From assembly GCA_000934665.2 (NCBI GenBank), contig JYFJ02000720.1, positions 62,001 through 112,999 of the forward strand: a stretch of DNA of 50,999 nucleotides, given 5' to 3'. The DNA is from Catajapyx aquilonaris (Eukaryota). The position numbers and the translations under genes were made by a program. Below are positions 11,265-26,065 of this stretch, piece by piece. The notes beneath the pieces are model-generated. The model worked only from the letters and a program-made list of their open reading frames with translations. It made no database searches and was not told where the DNA came from. Every line of letters starts with the position of its first letter. Position 1 is the stretch's first letter.

Positions 11265-14200
11265 CGTGCTTGTTAGTGCTGAGAATTACTTTTTCGAGGA
11301 ATTAATTTAAAGCATGAAAGCGTCGTTGACTACATTTACTGTCATCGTAAAATGATTTCGCCTCGCTTATTTTCTGGGTTACTTTTGTTCATAATTATTT
11401 TCGCAAACCACTTTTTCAATACTCTGTGTATTGCGTAGTACCACTTTGTGTAGCCTATATCTGATGCTCCTGTTCTTTCTCTCTACCGCCCTGTCTGTCT
11501 TTCTATCTCTGTCTCTCAGGCCATATTTGGCAGTTAATCTTACATCTCACTTCACCAACAAGTAATCAAGTGTAAGCATAATTAGAATTCTTCATGCATA
11601 ATAATATGTGATATGAAACACTGTATTCTAAAGGTCATACACCTATTATCCTTGTATGTTTTTAGCTTCCATGTTATGAACATACATCTATCACCCAGCC
11701 TATGTATGGTCTCTCCTGTTAGAAAGTTATTTTTCTGATTCCCTATGCCGAGCCCTACTACTATACATCACAGAACTGAATCCATAATAAGCATGAGACA
11801 AGCGTGCCAAAAGTAACACCTGATACAATCTTATGAAGCTGCCTCTAGTTTTTCAGTAATAATCTGAAATGAGTCATCAAGTATATATTTCAATACACGC
11901 TAATTCCATCTTTTATGCAATGTCAGTACGCAATACCGTACTACTGCAATGGCTCAAATGTATACAGCACCGGTCCATGGCGGTATGAGTTTTCCTGAAG
12001 TATAATATTATAAACTATGTATTGTCCGATGTGATAATTTTCTGTGCACTGTACTTACATGTAACTTTGTAGCAGAATGGACCTAATTTATGTTATTTAC
12101 AGAAATGTGCCTATTATGTTGACAGTGTAACCCATGTAGCTGAAAGTGTTGAAAAAATAATATGAATTGAGCAAAGTGAGTAAAGGTGATGTGAATCCGG
12201 CCTTTTTTGGGATTTTGACTCAGCACGACTGGGGTGGGAGCCCAGCACATAATGACGAGGCGTATTTTGAATTCATTTTGGAAATTACCCTGTAAGGAAG
12301 GTTCAGTGGGAGGTTTTCCTGATAATCACCTAGCGAGCGAGTCATTTCCTAGCCCATGGGTTTTCTCTTCTCCCTCTCCTTCTGCCCCTATGAATATTCA
12401 TCAGGAGGGGCCCCGAAGAGCTATTACGGAGCCTAAAGCCTGCCAATTTCAATATGGGGGCGGTTATCTGATTGGACAAATTATGGATTGCTATTCGAGG
12501 GAAGGAAGAACATCCAATTTGCTTTGGAGGATGGGATTTCGATTAGCAGTAACCACAGATTGGTGGGTACTGGCCATCTCCCTAAGTGAAATCTACTGTT
12601 TCAGAATCGGGAATGTAAATTGATGATCTTACACCATCCGACGCTGTATGTTTACTCAGCAGTAATAAATTGGCTGTTTAATAAGCAGTAGGGCCACCCT
12701 CAGGCGGTTGATTGTCATGGGTGTACTGGTCACCCCCGATTGACAATGCTGTCACGTATACTTTTACACGTGACTCGGTCGCGTACCCATCACCCGAAGG
12801 CCTGAAATGCACTGATTTCGAGATATGAAGATACGAAGATCTGAATGGGACGAATTTTGAGGAGACGTCACGTATAAAGCAACGTCTGTAGCTGTTACTC
12901 ATAAGCGTCACTTGACTACGGCAGGCACGCCAAAAATATTGGAAATGCATCAAAATGCGTGAAAGTCAGCTGGTGAAAACGGGCGGGGGTCGAAGGTCCA
13001 TGTCGTGAATAATTGCGGCCGTTAAGGTGACAAGGCCTAGCAGAGAATAGGTCCATATTACCACTAAACTGTCATAAATCAGTAGCCGGGTGATTGGACC
13101 CTAATGGAATTCCATGAGTAATGGCTCTGTGTCTTTCGGGGTACGATAGAGCCGCATTCGTTTTCCAGTGCTGATTGAGTTTCGGTTGTCCCAGCGTACC
13201 GGTAAACCTGCGATGACCTCTCACTTACCGTCGCTAAACTCGGCGGTAAATTGTCGAAACACACCTGCAGGGTTCGGCCCTAGCCATCCTCCGAGTCACC
13301 CGAATCCTCATGAATCATCTCTTGCTTTGACTTGCTGTCAAGAGATGCTGTATTGGACCCCGCGTGGGTTTGGATTCGACCAGGTGGAAGGACCTGAGGA
13401 CCCTAATCATCTCGCTCATCTCCTTGTCTCCGTTTATGGTGGGCGTGTGCTTCTTGCGCCTAAATATTACTCCGGTTTGACTTACATCCGAGTGTGTGTG
13501 TTACCAGAGGTGTAATAAAGCCACCTGTGCTGCATCATCTCTCTCCAACGCCCACCAACTTCCTGCCCCGATTGATTGGAATGCAAGAGAGTGTGTGGGA
13601 TGCTGCCATCGTCGCCAACTTTTGCTAACTTGGCGTGTGCATGATAACAGCACAAAAAAATGCACGTTCTTTTCCATTCATTCCTCGCGTGGGCCGCATG
13701 CTGCACCTGATGGCCTCTTCGGGACCATCCCAACCCCCACCTCAGCAACAAAACCAACCCTGAGGAATGCAGTCGGTTGGTTGCTGGGTGCTCTTCCTGT
13801 GTGTGCTGGACAGGATGCAGGGTGAGTTGTGGGGGCAAGGTTGCGCACACCTTTCTCCGAGCCAACCGGATGGAATCTGCGGGTACTTTACCACCGGATG
13901 TTCATTCATTTTAGGTGCCTGCCAGGCCATGTTTTGCTGGCCACCACGAAGCCAACGAGCACAAATTGCAACAAATTGCGCTCACCTGCTGCTCAAGGTA
14001 CTAGTATACACTCGGATTATTTTTGTATATGGTTAATTCCTTCCTTCAGGTGTGGACGACGATTGAAACCTCCAGTCTAGACGCTCCTGTCCGGGACCAG
14101 TCATCAGATGAGTTGTGCTCGAGTCATCCCGCTGTCTTCAACCAATCTCCCTATTTGAATAAGACGTCAGCAGCCCCTCTTACTTATCGACATATTGTCA

Positions 14201-15474
14201 TTAACCCCTTTCCCTGGGCAGCACATTGATAGATTTCTTGAGCTGTGCCAGAGGCTGTCAAGACCCCCGAAAAGAGCCCTCCATTGTTGTTTCCTCTTTG
14301 GCTCTTTGATAATGAAGAACGCCTACGGTCCCCCACAACTGAAGAACAGCTGTCTGGCTGCTGCTAACGTGTGTTGTCCCGAAGACTTTGATTTGTTTGC
14401 GCTCCGGCTCCGTCCATTAAGCGGCCTGAAACCAAAAGACGTGCAACAAGTGCGGATTTTTACCTCCATTTGCAGCCCATGATTGATGCTGGCCCTAGAC
14501 ACGTCTTGGGTTTGGATTGACCTCTGCCAGCGGCTTGGAGTGAGGCCAGTCTTATCAACCTGTCCTTGCTTGCCCAGGCTGCGTGGCATCACCCACGCTC
14601 CTTCCTCATACTATTTGTAATCGCTCATGGATAACATCCACCGACAGTTATGCCTCTTTACCCAACAACCTTGGGATGCTTAATCACAAATTGTAATTTG
14701 TTGGATTTTTTTTTGTCTTACGAAAGGAGGTGGAAGCTATATCTCATGAGAGCGGCTGGACCCAAATTGAGATGGATGCTGCACTCCAAGGGAAATATTC
14801 ATAGGCGGCGTAACTCGAGTAATAGTCGGCGCGAAGACATAAACAGCCGGTGATAGCATCGGTACGCGGCCCCAGAATTGCGTGCGCGCATGAAAAAGTG
14901 ATTGCCGTTGGGTCTCATTTTTTCTGGCCATTGTCTGTCACTTGGGAACAAATGGGGGCAAGATGGAGGACACGACATCGTATGATGGAGACCGCTATTA
15001 CGCCACCGAAATCGATCTATTAGCCCCATAGTGCGCAGCCTCCAATCGACAAAAACTAGCAGCACCCCGCGTCTCGTTTTCGCAGGATTTATTACCCAGG
15101 AGATGGATCCTTGCTGATGGGACTCTGTCTCCACACAATGACAACCTGGCCTTTTGCTTATGTATATGCGATCGAAAACAGATACAAGTAGTCAGTCGTT
15201 TCCAGACAAAAATCTGGCACTGAAAACAAATTGCGCCGGTAATGGTCATGGATGCGATATCGATTGGAAATAAATTGGATGCTCCTTTCATTGTTTATCA
15301 CAATAATATGCAAGAATTGAGTGATCTGTATAGACTGTTTTGTTTTAAATATAAAAACACTGACCCACTCGAGCAATGCATGGCTGCGTCAAAATTTGTA
15401 GAAATATTATTGCACTGTACTTGGAATTATTATTAACGGGACATTTTGTCAAAACGGAAACAATTAACCCTGAA

Positions 15475-15592
15475 GGCTTATTGTTCCCAAAGCAGCTTTT
15501 CTGCGCAAAATCGAGCTGTGACAGCTCCCAGCTATCGTGAAGGAGATGCCACAGAGCGATTTTGAGTAAAGAAGCTGCTTTGGGAACAGACC
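15475..15592. mobile_element. Short palindromic MITE, possibly PIF/Harbinger-type
   Basis: Arms TGTTCCCAAAGCAGCTT...CAAAATCG..CTGTG pair with CACAG..CGATTTTG...AAGCTGCTTTGGGAACA. The ends are GG...CC, with TTA on the right and a degenerate GAA on the left. The superfamily call is inference. Confidence 0.75.
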
Positions 15593-16807
15593 TTAACTAC
15601 AGGGAAAAACTCATTTACTTTCACATTGCTACAAAAACTCACATTTTGGCCAATGTCCGAAGAGTTTATTGCAGGTAATGAATAAGAAATATTAACTTCC
15701 ACCATTACGACAACATTGTAGCAGTAAGCCCGAATGAGCCCTTCAACTGTTAATGGCAGCTGACAGTTCGTCACTCATTCTGGCATTAAAATCTGTTCCG
15801 AAACTAGTGAATCCATCACGTTGTCACCTTATCAACGTCTGGACCATCACAAGATGGTTGTCAAAACGCCAAATAAACCCAGTCCTTTCTTGGCAACAAG
15901 GGGGCCATCACTGAGAAAGGAAAAAAAGGGAAAAGATGGACCTGTAATAAACATCAGAGTCGATCTAATAAAGATGGTGGGTATCCCAAATTCAAACAGG
16001 CGAAAGTTTCGAAACCCGAGACATGTCTGGGCCAAGCTTGAAATCCTGTCCGGTCAAGTTCCACACCAGTGTAAATGTCATGCGGATGTAGAAATTTTTC
16101 TGTGGAGGAAGGAAGCCCCCTCCAGGCCCTGTACAAGTCAAGCAATAAAGATATACCCGTGGTGAAGGCTTTTTCTTACCCCTTATGAATACCCTCTTTG
16201 AAATGCAAGGGGTGTCGAAGGAACCACATTCTGGTGGCAAGCCGCTTCCAACTCCGTCGCGATCTTATTCCATCATATTCTGCAAGCCAACCAGTGACAG
16301 AGATACGAAGCTGTCCGGAATAAATCATGCCAATTACCAAACAACTACAACTTTTTTCTTCCTAGAGTCCGTTTGCCTTGCGGGATCTTGTATGATGCTA
16401 TCCGACGGATAAATTATTATTTTTAATGATCACCTTTCGACTCTATCCTTGTCTGCCGGTAATAAGCATAGCTCGAGTGTCAAAAGCAAAATATGGAAAA
16501 AAAACGGCATATCTCGTATTGAAACAGCCACCGTGTAATTTGCATTCAAAACGAGCAAACAGCTATTTAAGCTAATCACAATAAGCATCGATGTGTCAAA
16601 TCCAATGGCCCGATATCGGCTAGATTTATTCGCAAATTGGTACGAAAAGTTGCACTTTTCGGTACACGTCACCTATAACTCTCCTGTATAAGCCTGGAGT
16701 ACAATGTCAATCAGGAATGTTATCAATGATTGGCTGCAAGGATACGGCCAGTACAAATTTTTAATTCATGCTCGCATACAATTGCCTGGAAGTGAATTTT
16801 GTGCACC

Positions 16808-16842
16808 ACTTTTTCGGACAGTCCTTTGTGACTCACCCTGCA
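16808..16842 (-). mobile_element. Tc1/mariner-like TIR remnant
   Basis: The reverse complement reads TGCAGGGTGAGTCA, matching TACAGGGTGAGTCA at 26030 and 27934. The element body probably extends leftward, but I cannot resolve its boundary. Confidence 0.5.
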
Positions 16843-19800
16843 CCCGGACCACACAGTGAAATTTTAGAAACCGTTTTAGAAAATAACATCTCATTACCCA
16901 AACTCTCCGGACCGAAATCGTCATGACCTTCGACCCATCTTACCTACCACAGCTCTATAATCTGGTCGGGTCCTTCCTTCTTCCTGCATGTAATCTGAGA
17001 GAGAGATATATATTTTTTTCCTCCAGCTTTTATGGCCACAAGATGTGATGCCCTGGGAGGCGTATGGTGAACGTGACGCCTGCATTGGAGACGCCCGATG
17101 TGTTTCGGTCCGGTCCACGACGCGTGCCTCCAAGGTGGAGGTTCAGTACCGTTCATAACTAAAAGCTCACGAACTTCCAGATGGGCGGCCCCTTTTTCGG
17201 TAGGAAACGGGGTTGAATTTTTAAGAAATCTAGGACTATGTCGCACTAGGTGTCAGTTGGATATATCTTCTTCAGGGCTGGATGGGTCAAATTACAGGAT
17301 GGATGATTACATGGTCTGGAGTGATTACGGACAATCCGAGTTGATGGAAGCACGGCGGCGAGTGCTCTCTAATCATTGTGTCTACTCACTGGGTGTGTCG
17401 AGTCTAGGTCAGGTCAGGACTAATATGGGACAGGTGACAAGTGTGGCGGTCACTATGTACTGGAAGATTTGAACTGTATCTATAGCTTGTGCGTCAGAAG
17501 TGATGGCGGAATATGCCTTTCGCCTTGTTGGGTAACGTTCGAGTTTAAATGCTTTCAATAATTTTCATTTACCTTTTGACATTTGACCGGGATTTCGTGC
17601 AGCCACTGGTGAAAGTGCGGGGCGTTTGGAATGCGGCTCGAAGCTCAAGAGGTGAAAGGTGTTAAATCCTTGGTAAAATAGTGGCACCCCATGTATGAGT
17701 GGGGTCGCGTGCTTTTTCGCTCGTAATGTCAAAACCTTGCCAACCTGGCAGTATAATTGAAATTGCTTAACTTTCCAACCGTTATTTCTCGACTGAAACG
17801 TGTGATGAGTGTGTCGGATATCCGTTTCCTAGTGGCCAACATTTCCAGTGTTACTTTCTTGGGCGTCGTTGTGTGTTTTACCTTCGCATTCCAGAACGGA
17901 TTTTGCATACGTAGCCCACTTTAGGATGTACGTAAGATGACGACGCATTATTAACGTACAAAGGTGTGATTCAAGCTGTTTCATGCCTATTTGCCGGATA
18001 TGCCGGAAAGAAAAAGGAAGTTCCCCCCTTCCTCCAAAAAAGTTCTGGAGGAAATCGCATGATTTCCGGTATATTCACTCTTCCTTTTTACATTCGTCAC
18101 ACATCGTGGATGCGTCGATGTAAAAGAGGAAGTTCCGCCCACCCAAGTTTTGGGGTTTCTCGTCCACTCAGGTTGCGGATGTAGTGCATAACCCCGTTTC
18201 CCACGCAGCTTCTCTAGCTCCAAGCTAAAGACTAATAATAATAGGACTAGCCAAGTGCGCACTCTCTATTGCTTGTAACGGGGACAGGAATTTAAATAGA
18301 ACCCAACCCTGCAATTTAAAACCCTGGGCAATGCGGAAACAATTTTACCAAGTGGTAGAAACTGCTGATTTGCATACGGTCAGATCAGCATTAAGGGTTT
18401 TGGAGAGCAAGATTGATGCCTGGCAATCCTACCTGATTGCTTCCTTCTCCAGGTGTCTGAGCTTTCTCATACTATTGTTGAACTGCAACAATATTCGTTG
18501 AAGACACCATTTTTTTCCACTTCCAGCGTCCAAGTCTCTCAGCAAGTGTTGTGTCTTTCGGCGGCCGTTGTGGTCCATCTCCCTACATCATGCATGACGT
18601 GCAATTAACATTCAGGTTTCACGCATCAGTTGCAGGTCTGAGAGCATGCAAACGAATTAAGGTGGTCGGAGATTGAGTCGTCAAGAGAGTGTGACGGAGA
18701 TGCTCTCCAGGAGGTGAGCTAAGGCGGTCCATTTCCGAACTAATGGTTTCCTCTATTGTTGATTGCCTTATTAATGGCATCCGGACAACAGAGGCCCAGC
18801 AAATGACCGGTAATGCGACTCGTGCCCTCTTATAAAAAGCACCCTGGAGTCCGGCGTCTTCCTGTCTTCGTTTTGTAGGTCGTTATGTAGGAACCATGCT
18901 GGGCTATCATTACCAAGTTAACTGTGCTCACTTGACGTGGTTCCGGGATAAGAAGAGAGTCAATGTTTCCTTCATCACGCGCTTGAAATATGGTTCGTTA
19001 ATCCGGTGCAATTACTCATTTGGCTACTTTGACACTGATGCAGATACATTGTGTTTTCATGCCTGAGTTTCTGGGTAGCCTATACCGTCGACTAAGACTT
19101 ATGTAATGCAATCAGTACAAAATTATCTGCATCCGCTGACGTATAATGGACGTAGGTCATGGACTTGTATGTACTGTCAGAGTGTCAGGTTCAAAAAGAA
19201 TGTCGTGCTTGGTCGCACTCTGTTATTGGTTTGGCGTCCGCAACTTCTAGGTTAAGCCCTCCTCCCGCAAGGGGTGCTGCTATAGTGTCACCACAGGGCG
19301 TGGTGAATTTTTTAATATGATAGTACAGGTGAAATTTTTTGAGGTGCACCTATATATACTCCATTTTTTATCCTAACTTATGAAGGAACCAGGCCTGCCA
19401 CATTTCATTGCTAAACGACAACGGATATCTTCGGCTACAAATTATTGGCCGCGTTCTAGGATCAGGCGTCAGAAGAATCAAAGGCGGCTAAGCCTCGCAC
19501 ATCACTTTCCAGCTAATTTCGAGTACATTTAGGAATTATAAATCGATCAGGTTTCCCTGTTCGGCCCAGGATCGGAGGACCCTTGACACATAATTGCCAG
19601 TCCGAGGCCCAGGTAGATCCATCACCTCCCAAATATCGCCAGGGGAGATCTTTCTAATGAGGTGCAAATTGGAGCCGGAGTCAGTAGTTGACCAGAACAG
19701 TAATGGAGACAGACTATCGGGGTGTGAAATAACGGCCCATATTAATGAAATAACAGAGTGCAGGCGCGTTTAATTACAGCACGGGGGCCGACTTGGAAAT

Positions 19801-22800
19801 ATTCCTTTGGCTGCAAAAAAAGGTGTGACAGGACATTCATATCCCTGGCATCACTTGGGTGCTTCGTTATGCTGTTATCATCGCCCATGTCCCAGAGGAA
19901 ACGAGGAGTCGGGCACTTTCACAGGGGCAGCCGGACACGAGGGGCGTGCCTCTGATATGTGGAGATTTCAATAATTAAGGAGCATCGATAAGGCTGCAAC
20001 CAGGGCGTGATTGCGCACTTGCATCACTCTCAGGACCCGATCGTTGTAATGGGGGCCCTATTAATTATTGACAACGCACGCTTTTCACTCAGCTCAATAA
20101 AAGTGGCATCACCTCATAGAGCGCTGCGATAAATTTATAATAGTCTTGCGGGTAATAGCCTAATTATCGGACCCTGTGCAGTACACGTGCGCGCCTCACC
20201 CGATATTACAGGTCATAAAAATATAATGGCGGTCTGATAGTGTATAATTATCTCATTGTTCTTGGCGGTTTTTATGGAGGGAGACCAAAACGTTCCAAGA
20301 GTTTTTCGGTGGGTTAAATTGTTACCGGCTGGTTAGTCACGTCTCTTAAACTCTTTGAAAGGGATTTTCGACGATTCCAACTCTTGATATCTCATCCATC
20401 AGACTCCGGACCCTGTAATTTGTCCTGTGTGATGCGTATGGAAATACATGATTGGAATGTCCGGCAATTTGGCAATTCAGAAGCAGCATGGTGGATCCCA
20501 TTCTCATTCGAATCGCGATTCACTCTGTATCTCTCTGGAGAGGAAACTGGTTCCAGAAGAAGAAGAAGAGATAGGAAACTGATCAGGTGCGGTGCACACC
20601 TGCTGCCTCCCTAGAGTAGCAAGCAGCAATAAGGACCCCTTGGGTCACCAGCCCCGGATGAGGTCTGCGCATTCAGGTGTAACTACATCCAGACTCAGCC
20701 TAATGGGTGACGGGCTCTCGGGGAGAATTCACAGCTGGGGATTGACCGGGAAATAAATCTCAGTCCTCCATAAGCAAATCCCACTCGGATGACTTTTTCA
20801 TTGCACACTTTTTTGTACAATTCAAATCCACACAATTTTTTACCAATATGAAAAACATACAGCCAATAGCCGAGTCATTCCAGAAGCTATCAATCCTCCC
20901 TATGATGAACAAAACCGTCCAGATTGGACAGTCTGAGGTCCCCAAAAAAATGGTAGGCGTCGGGTGTGAGCAGCCCCTGGTGTGGGCCTAACGAGCCCTA
21001 ATTCGAGCCTTTGCAGGGGGTTCCACCCTGCCCATCTCTTCTATCCAGTGGCACAGGCGATGGAAAACAAACCCTCCCGCCACGTTCCCCACAATGCCCC
21101 ATTCACACGGGCAATTAGCCACTGTCAAAGCGGCCTTTGTGTCCAGTGCTGCTCGGCCCAGCGGGATCCATCCTGGCCCCTAATCATAACCATACGAAGA
21201 GGAAAATGGCCCCCTAGCAGACTCTTTCGATTTTAAAAATAAAAAAATTTAAAACCACACCTCGTTTTTTTGACTAGAGATACGTGGGGGCGCTTTAAAA
21301 AAAAAATGAACTCACGACTCGACTGAACCTGTTGATAACATTCGAATAATTTACGCTGCGAAATCTTGATGGCAAACGGACTTTCACCCTTACCAATAGG
21401 CGAAAAACGATCGTAGATTAGGAACAGAAGAGTGTCGAAGGCCAGGTTCTCGAATGCTTATTACGCTGTCTGCTTGCCTACTATAAACTTGTAATTTGTG
21501 CTTCTGTACGGTCCGTTAGCATTGGCCAACTGATCGTACCCGCCTTATTTATAAGAGACCTAATCTTTCAAATTACCGACGCGGGCTACTTTGTCTTCTG
21601 ATTTATATTTTTCCGCACTTGGTGCACCAAATGGGGAGTAACAAAAAAATTGGCTCGGAGATATGTAAAGTTTCCTTGTCGTGCTGGGTAACAAGAATGA
21701 TGTCAACGCTTTTCTTGAACCACTCATTAACCCGACATCCACACCACAAAATATTTTCGCCCCATGAAGTGCTAATTGCTCCCTTAAGAAGCGCATTTTT
21801 GTCAGCTCCTACCCCATGTTTATGGCGCCATCACCTGACAAAATCGCCACAGATAGTGCTTCACACCAAAAGGAGCAAAGAGGCGATAAAAAAAGATGCC
21901 TATCGGACTGTCATAACGGAGCAATATTTACAGCCGTGATTGCAGAGCGGCAAAGACACTCGCAGATAATAAATAACGCCGGAGGTATTAGCCGGCAAGG
22001 AATAACTACAGTGATTAGAGATAGAGAAGCGTGGCCAAATAGCTGTACGGTCTAGAGAGCATAACAGCCACATGCAGAAAATTAATAGAATTATACATTA
22101 TGGTGTTAATAACCTAGTGTTAATATATTAGAGAATAAGACATGTTTTCATGCACAGAATGGGGATTACACGAGTAAACATTTAGGACTGCACACTGTTT
22201 TGCTACTCGGCCATGGCCATATACAGAGTACTGTGGGCTTATTTCCATGTACCGGCTGCTTTTCATGTAGACACATCCATGGAAGATCAGGGTAGGAAAA
22301 TTGGCGCTTCCAAAGTGGTCTAGTGACAGTTGCAATCCCTGCTGGTATCACCCCCACCTCCTCTGGTGAAATCTGGCAGTTACCTTGTCACACATCAGGT
22401 ATTTAGACTTCCTAATGATGATATCAAGGAGAAGGTGGCTTGCGTGCGGCAAATGGCGCGTCCGTCCCGTTCGCAGGTGTATATTCTTATTCCGGACCTG
22501 GCTGCTTGCAAACCTGGCATTTGCCTGTCAACTGGGGCCTGACTTGCCGTCACTACAAACGCAACGTCCACGACGCCGAAGAAATCTATTACCATTGCGG
22601 CCCTTCGTCTCTCTCTACCCCGCCCCCATGCCTTTACACCCTTCTCTTTTTTCTTTTATTCCTCCATGGACCCTCGGGCAACATCTTCCAAAATCTAATG
22701 GTGATGCTGCCATGTCGGCCTTCACTCTCTCGCCACACAAAATTCTCTGGCTTTCTTGCCTTTAACACTACATTGTCGGTCTTAATTTCCAACAGCTTAT

Positions 22801-25800
22801 TCGTATGCATGTGGGAAAAGTACCGGTGCCCCAGCAGCCATTCTTGCCTAATTTTCGGGGAAACTGGTCACTATAGGAGTTATGCAAGAAGGCAAATGTC
22901 GTTGTATGTTTATGGCACAGATTGTTGGTCTTTCAGTTGAATCTGCTGGAAGAGACCATCTGCTGAGAGCAGCACTTTTGGGAAAAGCTCCTGGTACGTC
23001 AATATTACAAGAATTCAGTTACGGTTCATCCATTGTAAGTCGAACTGACTCTTTCAGCCTTCCCACTGCCATCCTCGCGCCTACTATATTGAGACGGTAA
23101 GTAGAAGAAGGCGGCGCGATATTCAGACAACAATCCACCTCCGAACAAGATTAGCACGAACAACAAAAAAGGTCGCTGTCCATCCCTGGTCAGCCCCTAA
23201 GGAGAGGAGCATCCCTTTGTAATTGAATTCTGCTGGCAGTACAACACTGAACACGAAAGAGGTGGACTTGGACGCAGGTGGGAGGGAGACCACGAAGAAG
23301 AAGGTTGAAGAAGGCTGCCGGTATGGGGGCATATTCTAAAACACTTCCCACTCGCATCCCAGCAGGGCTCCTTTTTGCTACAACCATTTTTTATTATTCC
23401 TCCGGTTCCACTCGACTTTCGCCGTCACTCCTCCGGGACAGTGATGTCCACTAATTCTTGGCACGTGTGATTGATTCATGGCTGGGACCGACTCTTCTTT
23501 GGTGACATTTCGTCAGCAGCTGACAAGCCCATTTTATGCAGGAATTTTTGATTATTTGGCGACATTCCTCTCCGGGCGATAGGACATCCCGAGCACGTAC
23601 CATTTTTACTGCCATCTCGTACAAAGCAGTGCGTGACATTTACTACAATTATATACTGTGGGATCCAACATTAGGCTCATGTCCACGCGGTTCTTTCCTG
23701 CCCATTGATCACTCTCCTTACGTTTACCACCAATTAATAATATGGGCTGGCTCTATTTACTACCCAGACCTTGCAGGGCCCCGGACAAAAAGGCACCATC
23801 AACACAAGTATACGATTTGGTCATGTCTAGAAGCCGATGGGTTCCCATCACGGAAGGAACGGCTTTACTACCTTTCCTTACAAGCGGCCACGGTTTTTCC
23901 TATTGTCGCTGAATCGCCACTGCCCCGAAAAAAAGTGATTTAAGCAGGTAATAATAATTGGTATGGGAGACAACCGGGTGGTAGTAACTTTCGCTGTTAC
24001 TGGTGGGTGTAAAGTAAGTAAAAAAAATGTATACAGGAGGACTGCGGATGCTATAAAACACTCGCAGCGCAAGTCACCTTGGCTGCGGATTTGGCGCTGG
24101 GAAATAAATGGATCATTAAGTGTCAATCAGAGCGCGATAACAATGCAGATACAAGGAAGGGAACTTCCAGTTTAGCCTCCACAAATCACCGATAGTGAGG
24201 CCAAGCCTACACACGTCAAAATCATTTCTGGGAGGCCAAAGGCGCCCCATTCTCTCAACATCTCTTAATTTCACACCACCCACCGAGCTATAAGTGGTCA
24301 CCATCAAAGTATAGGCAGCGGAGGAATGAAGACACGCAGCTTGCCTAAGGAGCAGTTTCCAAAATATTTGGCCGGACTTAACCAACCGTGGATGAAACTA
24401 CATCAAATAAATTAAAATGGCGCGTCAAGGCTGTTGGAAGATGGAACATCTCTTCTGCTGGATTATTCCGTTCTGCAAATGCGGTTTAATTACCGTCGAC
24501 CCCCTCGAGCCATAAGCCACTCCTCTGCAAAATCTCATTAGTTTTGACCCCAGGGTCCATCCTTCTCCTCCAGAGGGAGAATCGGTCGGGATCTCCGCAC
24601 CCAGCGTGAGGCCATCTTGCTTCATGTTTTGTCTGGTCCAAAACTCAGCATTCAACATTAATCAGGATGCAACACTGTCACTATGGTTCCCCACCTTCTC
24701 TCTCGCCTTCCATTTCGGAGCCAAGGGGGTGAAGCTGTTAACATTTAATTTGAAGGTGTCTTTGCGCCCATTGTGTCCCCCCACCTCTAAATGAATTACA
24801 GGCAAATATATCGCCCTGGTCTATTCATAGCACCAGTTCATGCGGATGATTGTTGTTAAACTGTACTCGCAGCGGTGTGTAAACACCGGTCACAATAATG
24901 AGCCAGCAAGCCAGAATTTTCTCTCTTCGGAGGATTATCTCGAAACTGGTTTTTTGGACTATAGTGGATTTCTCCTGTGGAGTTATCTGTTATTTGCCCT
25001 AGTATCATGTCAGCCATAGACTTCACACGGCGGCGCCTTAGTAAACGCAGATTTCCCCAAATCTCTTTTCTGCCAGTACTCATCAAGTAAAGGCATTAAT
25101 GAACCATTAGACCACCTTAAACGAACAACAGCACACTTTTTGGCCACTTTGGCGGCACTAGTTCATTAGTTTCAAAGTACTTTTTCTCCCCGCCCATTGC
25201 AGGTCGAAATGACCATGGCGGCGATGGCTCGGATAAAAAGAGGCCAAATCTAAAGCCTTATCTTTCAGCTTAATTTTCTCAAACCGGAGTTCCATATTTT
25301 CAGATTAATCGTCCGGTAATAAGGCGTGTAATTGATACCGTAACAAAACACTTATGGGGTAATATATTGCCCGCGTGTGCTGGAATAATAATTGCTAGCA
25401 ACAATCGCGTTAGGATCGTTCCTATAGGGGGAAAAAAGCAGATGGGCGTCAAATATTTTTTTTTCCAAAAAAAAAGGACCTACCGGAATGGTAGGTCACC
25501 CATAACCCGAGTCCAATTAGGACGTTAAAGAAAACGTTTTCACGCTACGTTACTTCAGGTGGTCCGTGGATTACAATCCAACCCGCTATAGGATGCCAAT
25601 TGACACTTTTTGGGACCAAGTGTGTGGTCTTCCGCACTTTCAAAACGGCGATAATTAAACATTGTAGGCTCCCGGAGTTACCTGCAGAAAAACTATTTGG
25701 TATGACTCGGGTTCACCCACACAGCCTGCAGGCTCCCTCATTTGCTTAAATTAGTAATCACCCCGTGATTGAAGTTTACGAGCGAGTCTCACCGTCCAAG

Positions 25801-26029
25801 AGTGATGTATGGGTCATGTCAAACGGAATCGCTGCCTTGGCGTTATATAGATCTTCCGCACCTGACGTGAAAATTAGGCCCAGGTAAAAAGGGCTGTAAA
25901 ACATGGGGTCTAGGAATCCATTTTGCGCCAATTAGTCGGCCGTCGATAATGACAGAGGCCTGGTCTGGGGGCTCCCAATATTATCAATCAAAATTTTAAT
26001 AAAGTCTTTAATTTTTGTGCCAATGTGCG

Positions 26030-26065
26030 TACAGGGTGAGTCAGAGTCCCCTATCCAAAAAATGC
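26030..26065 (+). mobile_element. Tc1/mariner-like TIR remnant
   Basis: TACAGGGTGAGTCAGA, identical to 27934-27949. TA followed by CAGGGTG is a typical Tc1/mariner end. Confidence 0.5.
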
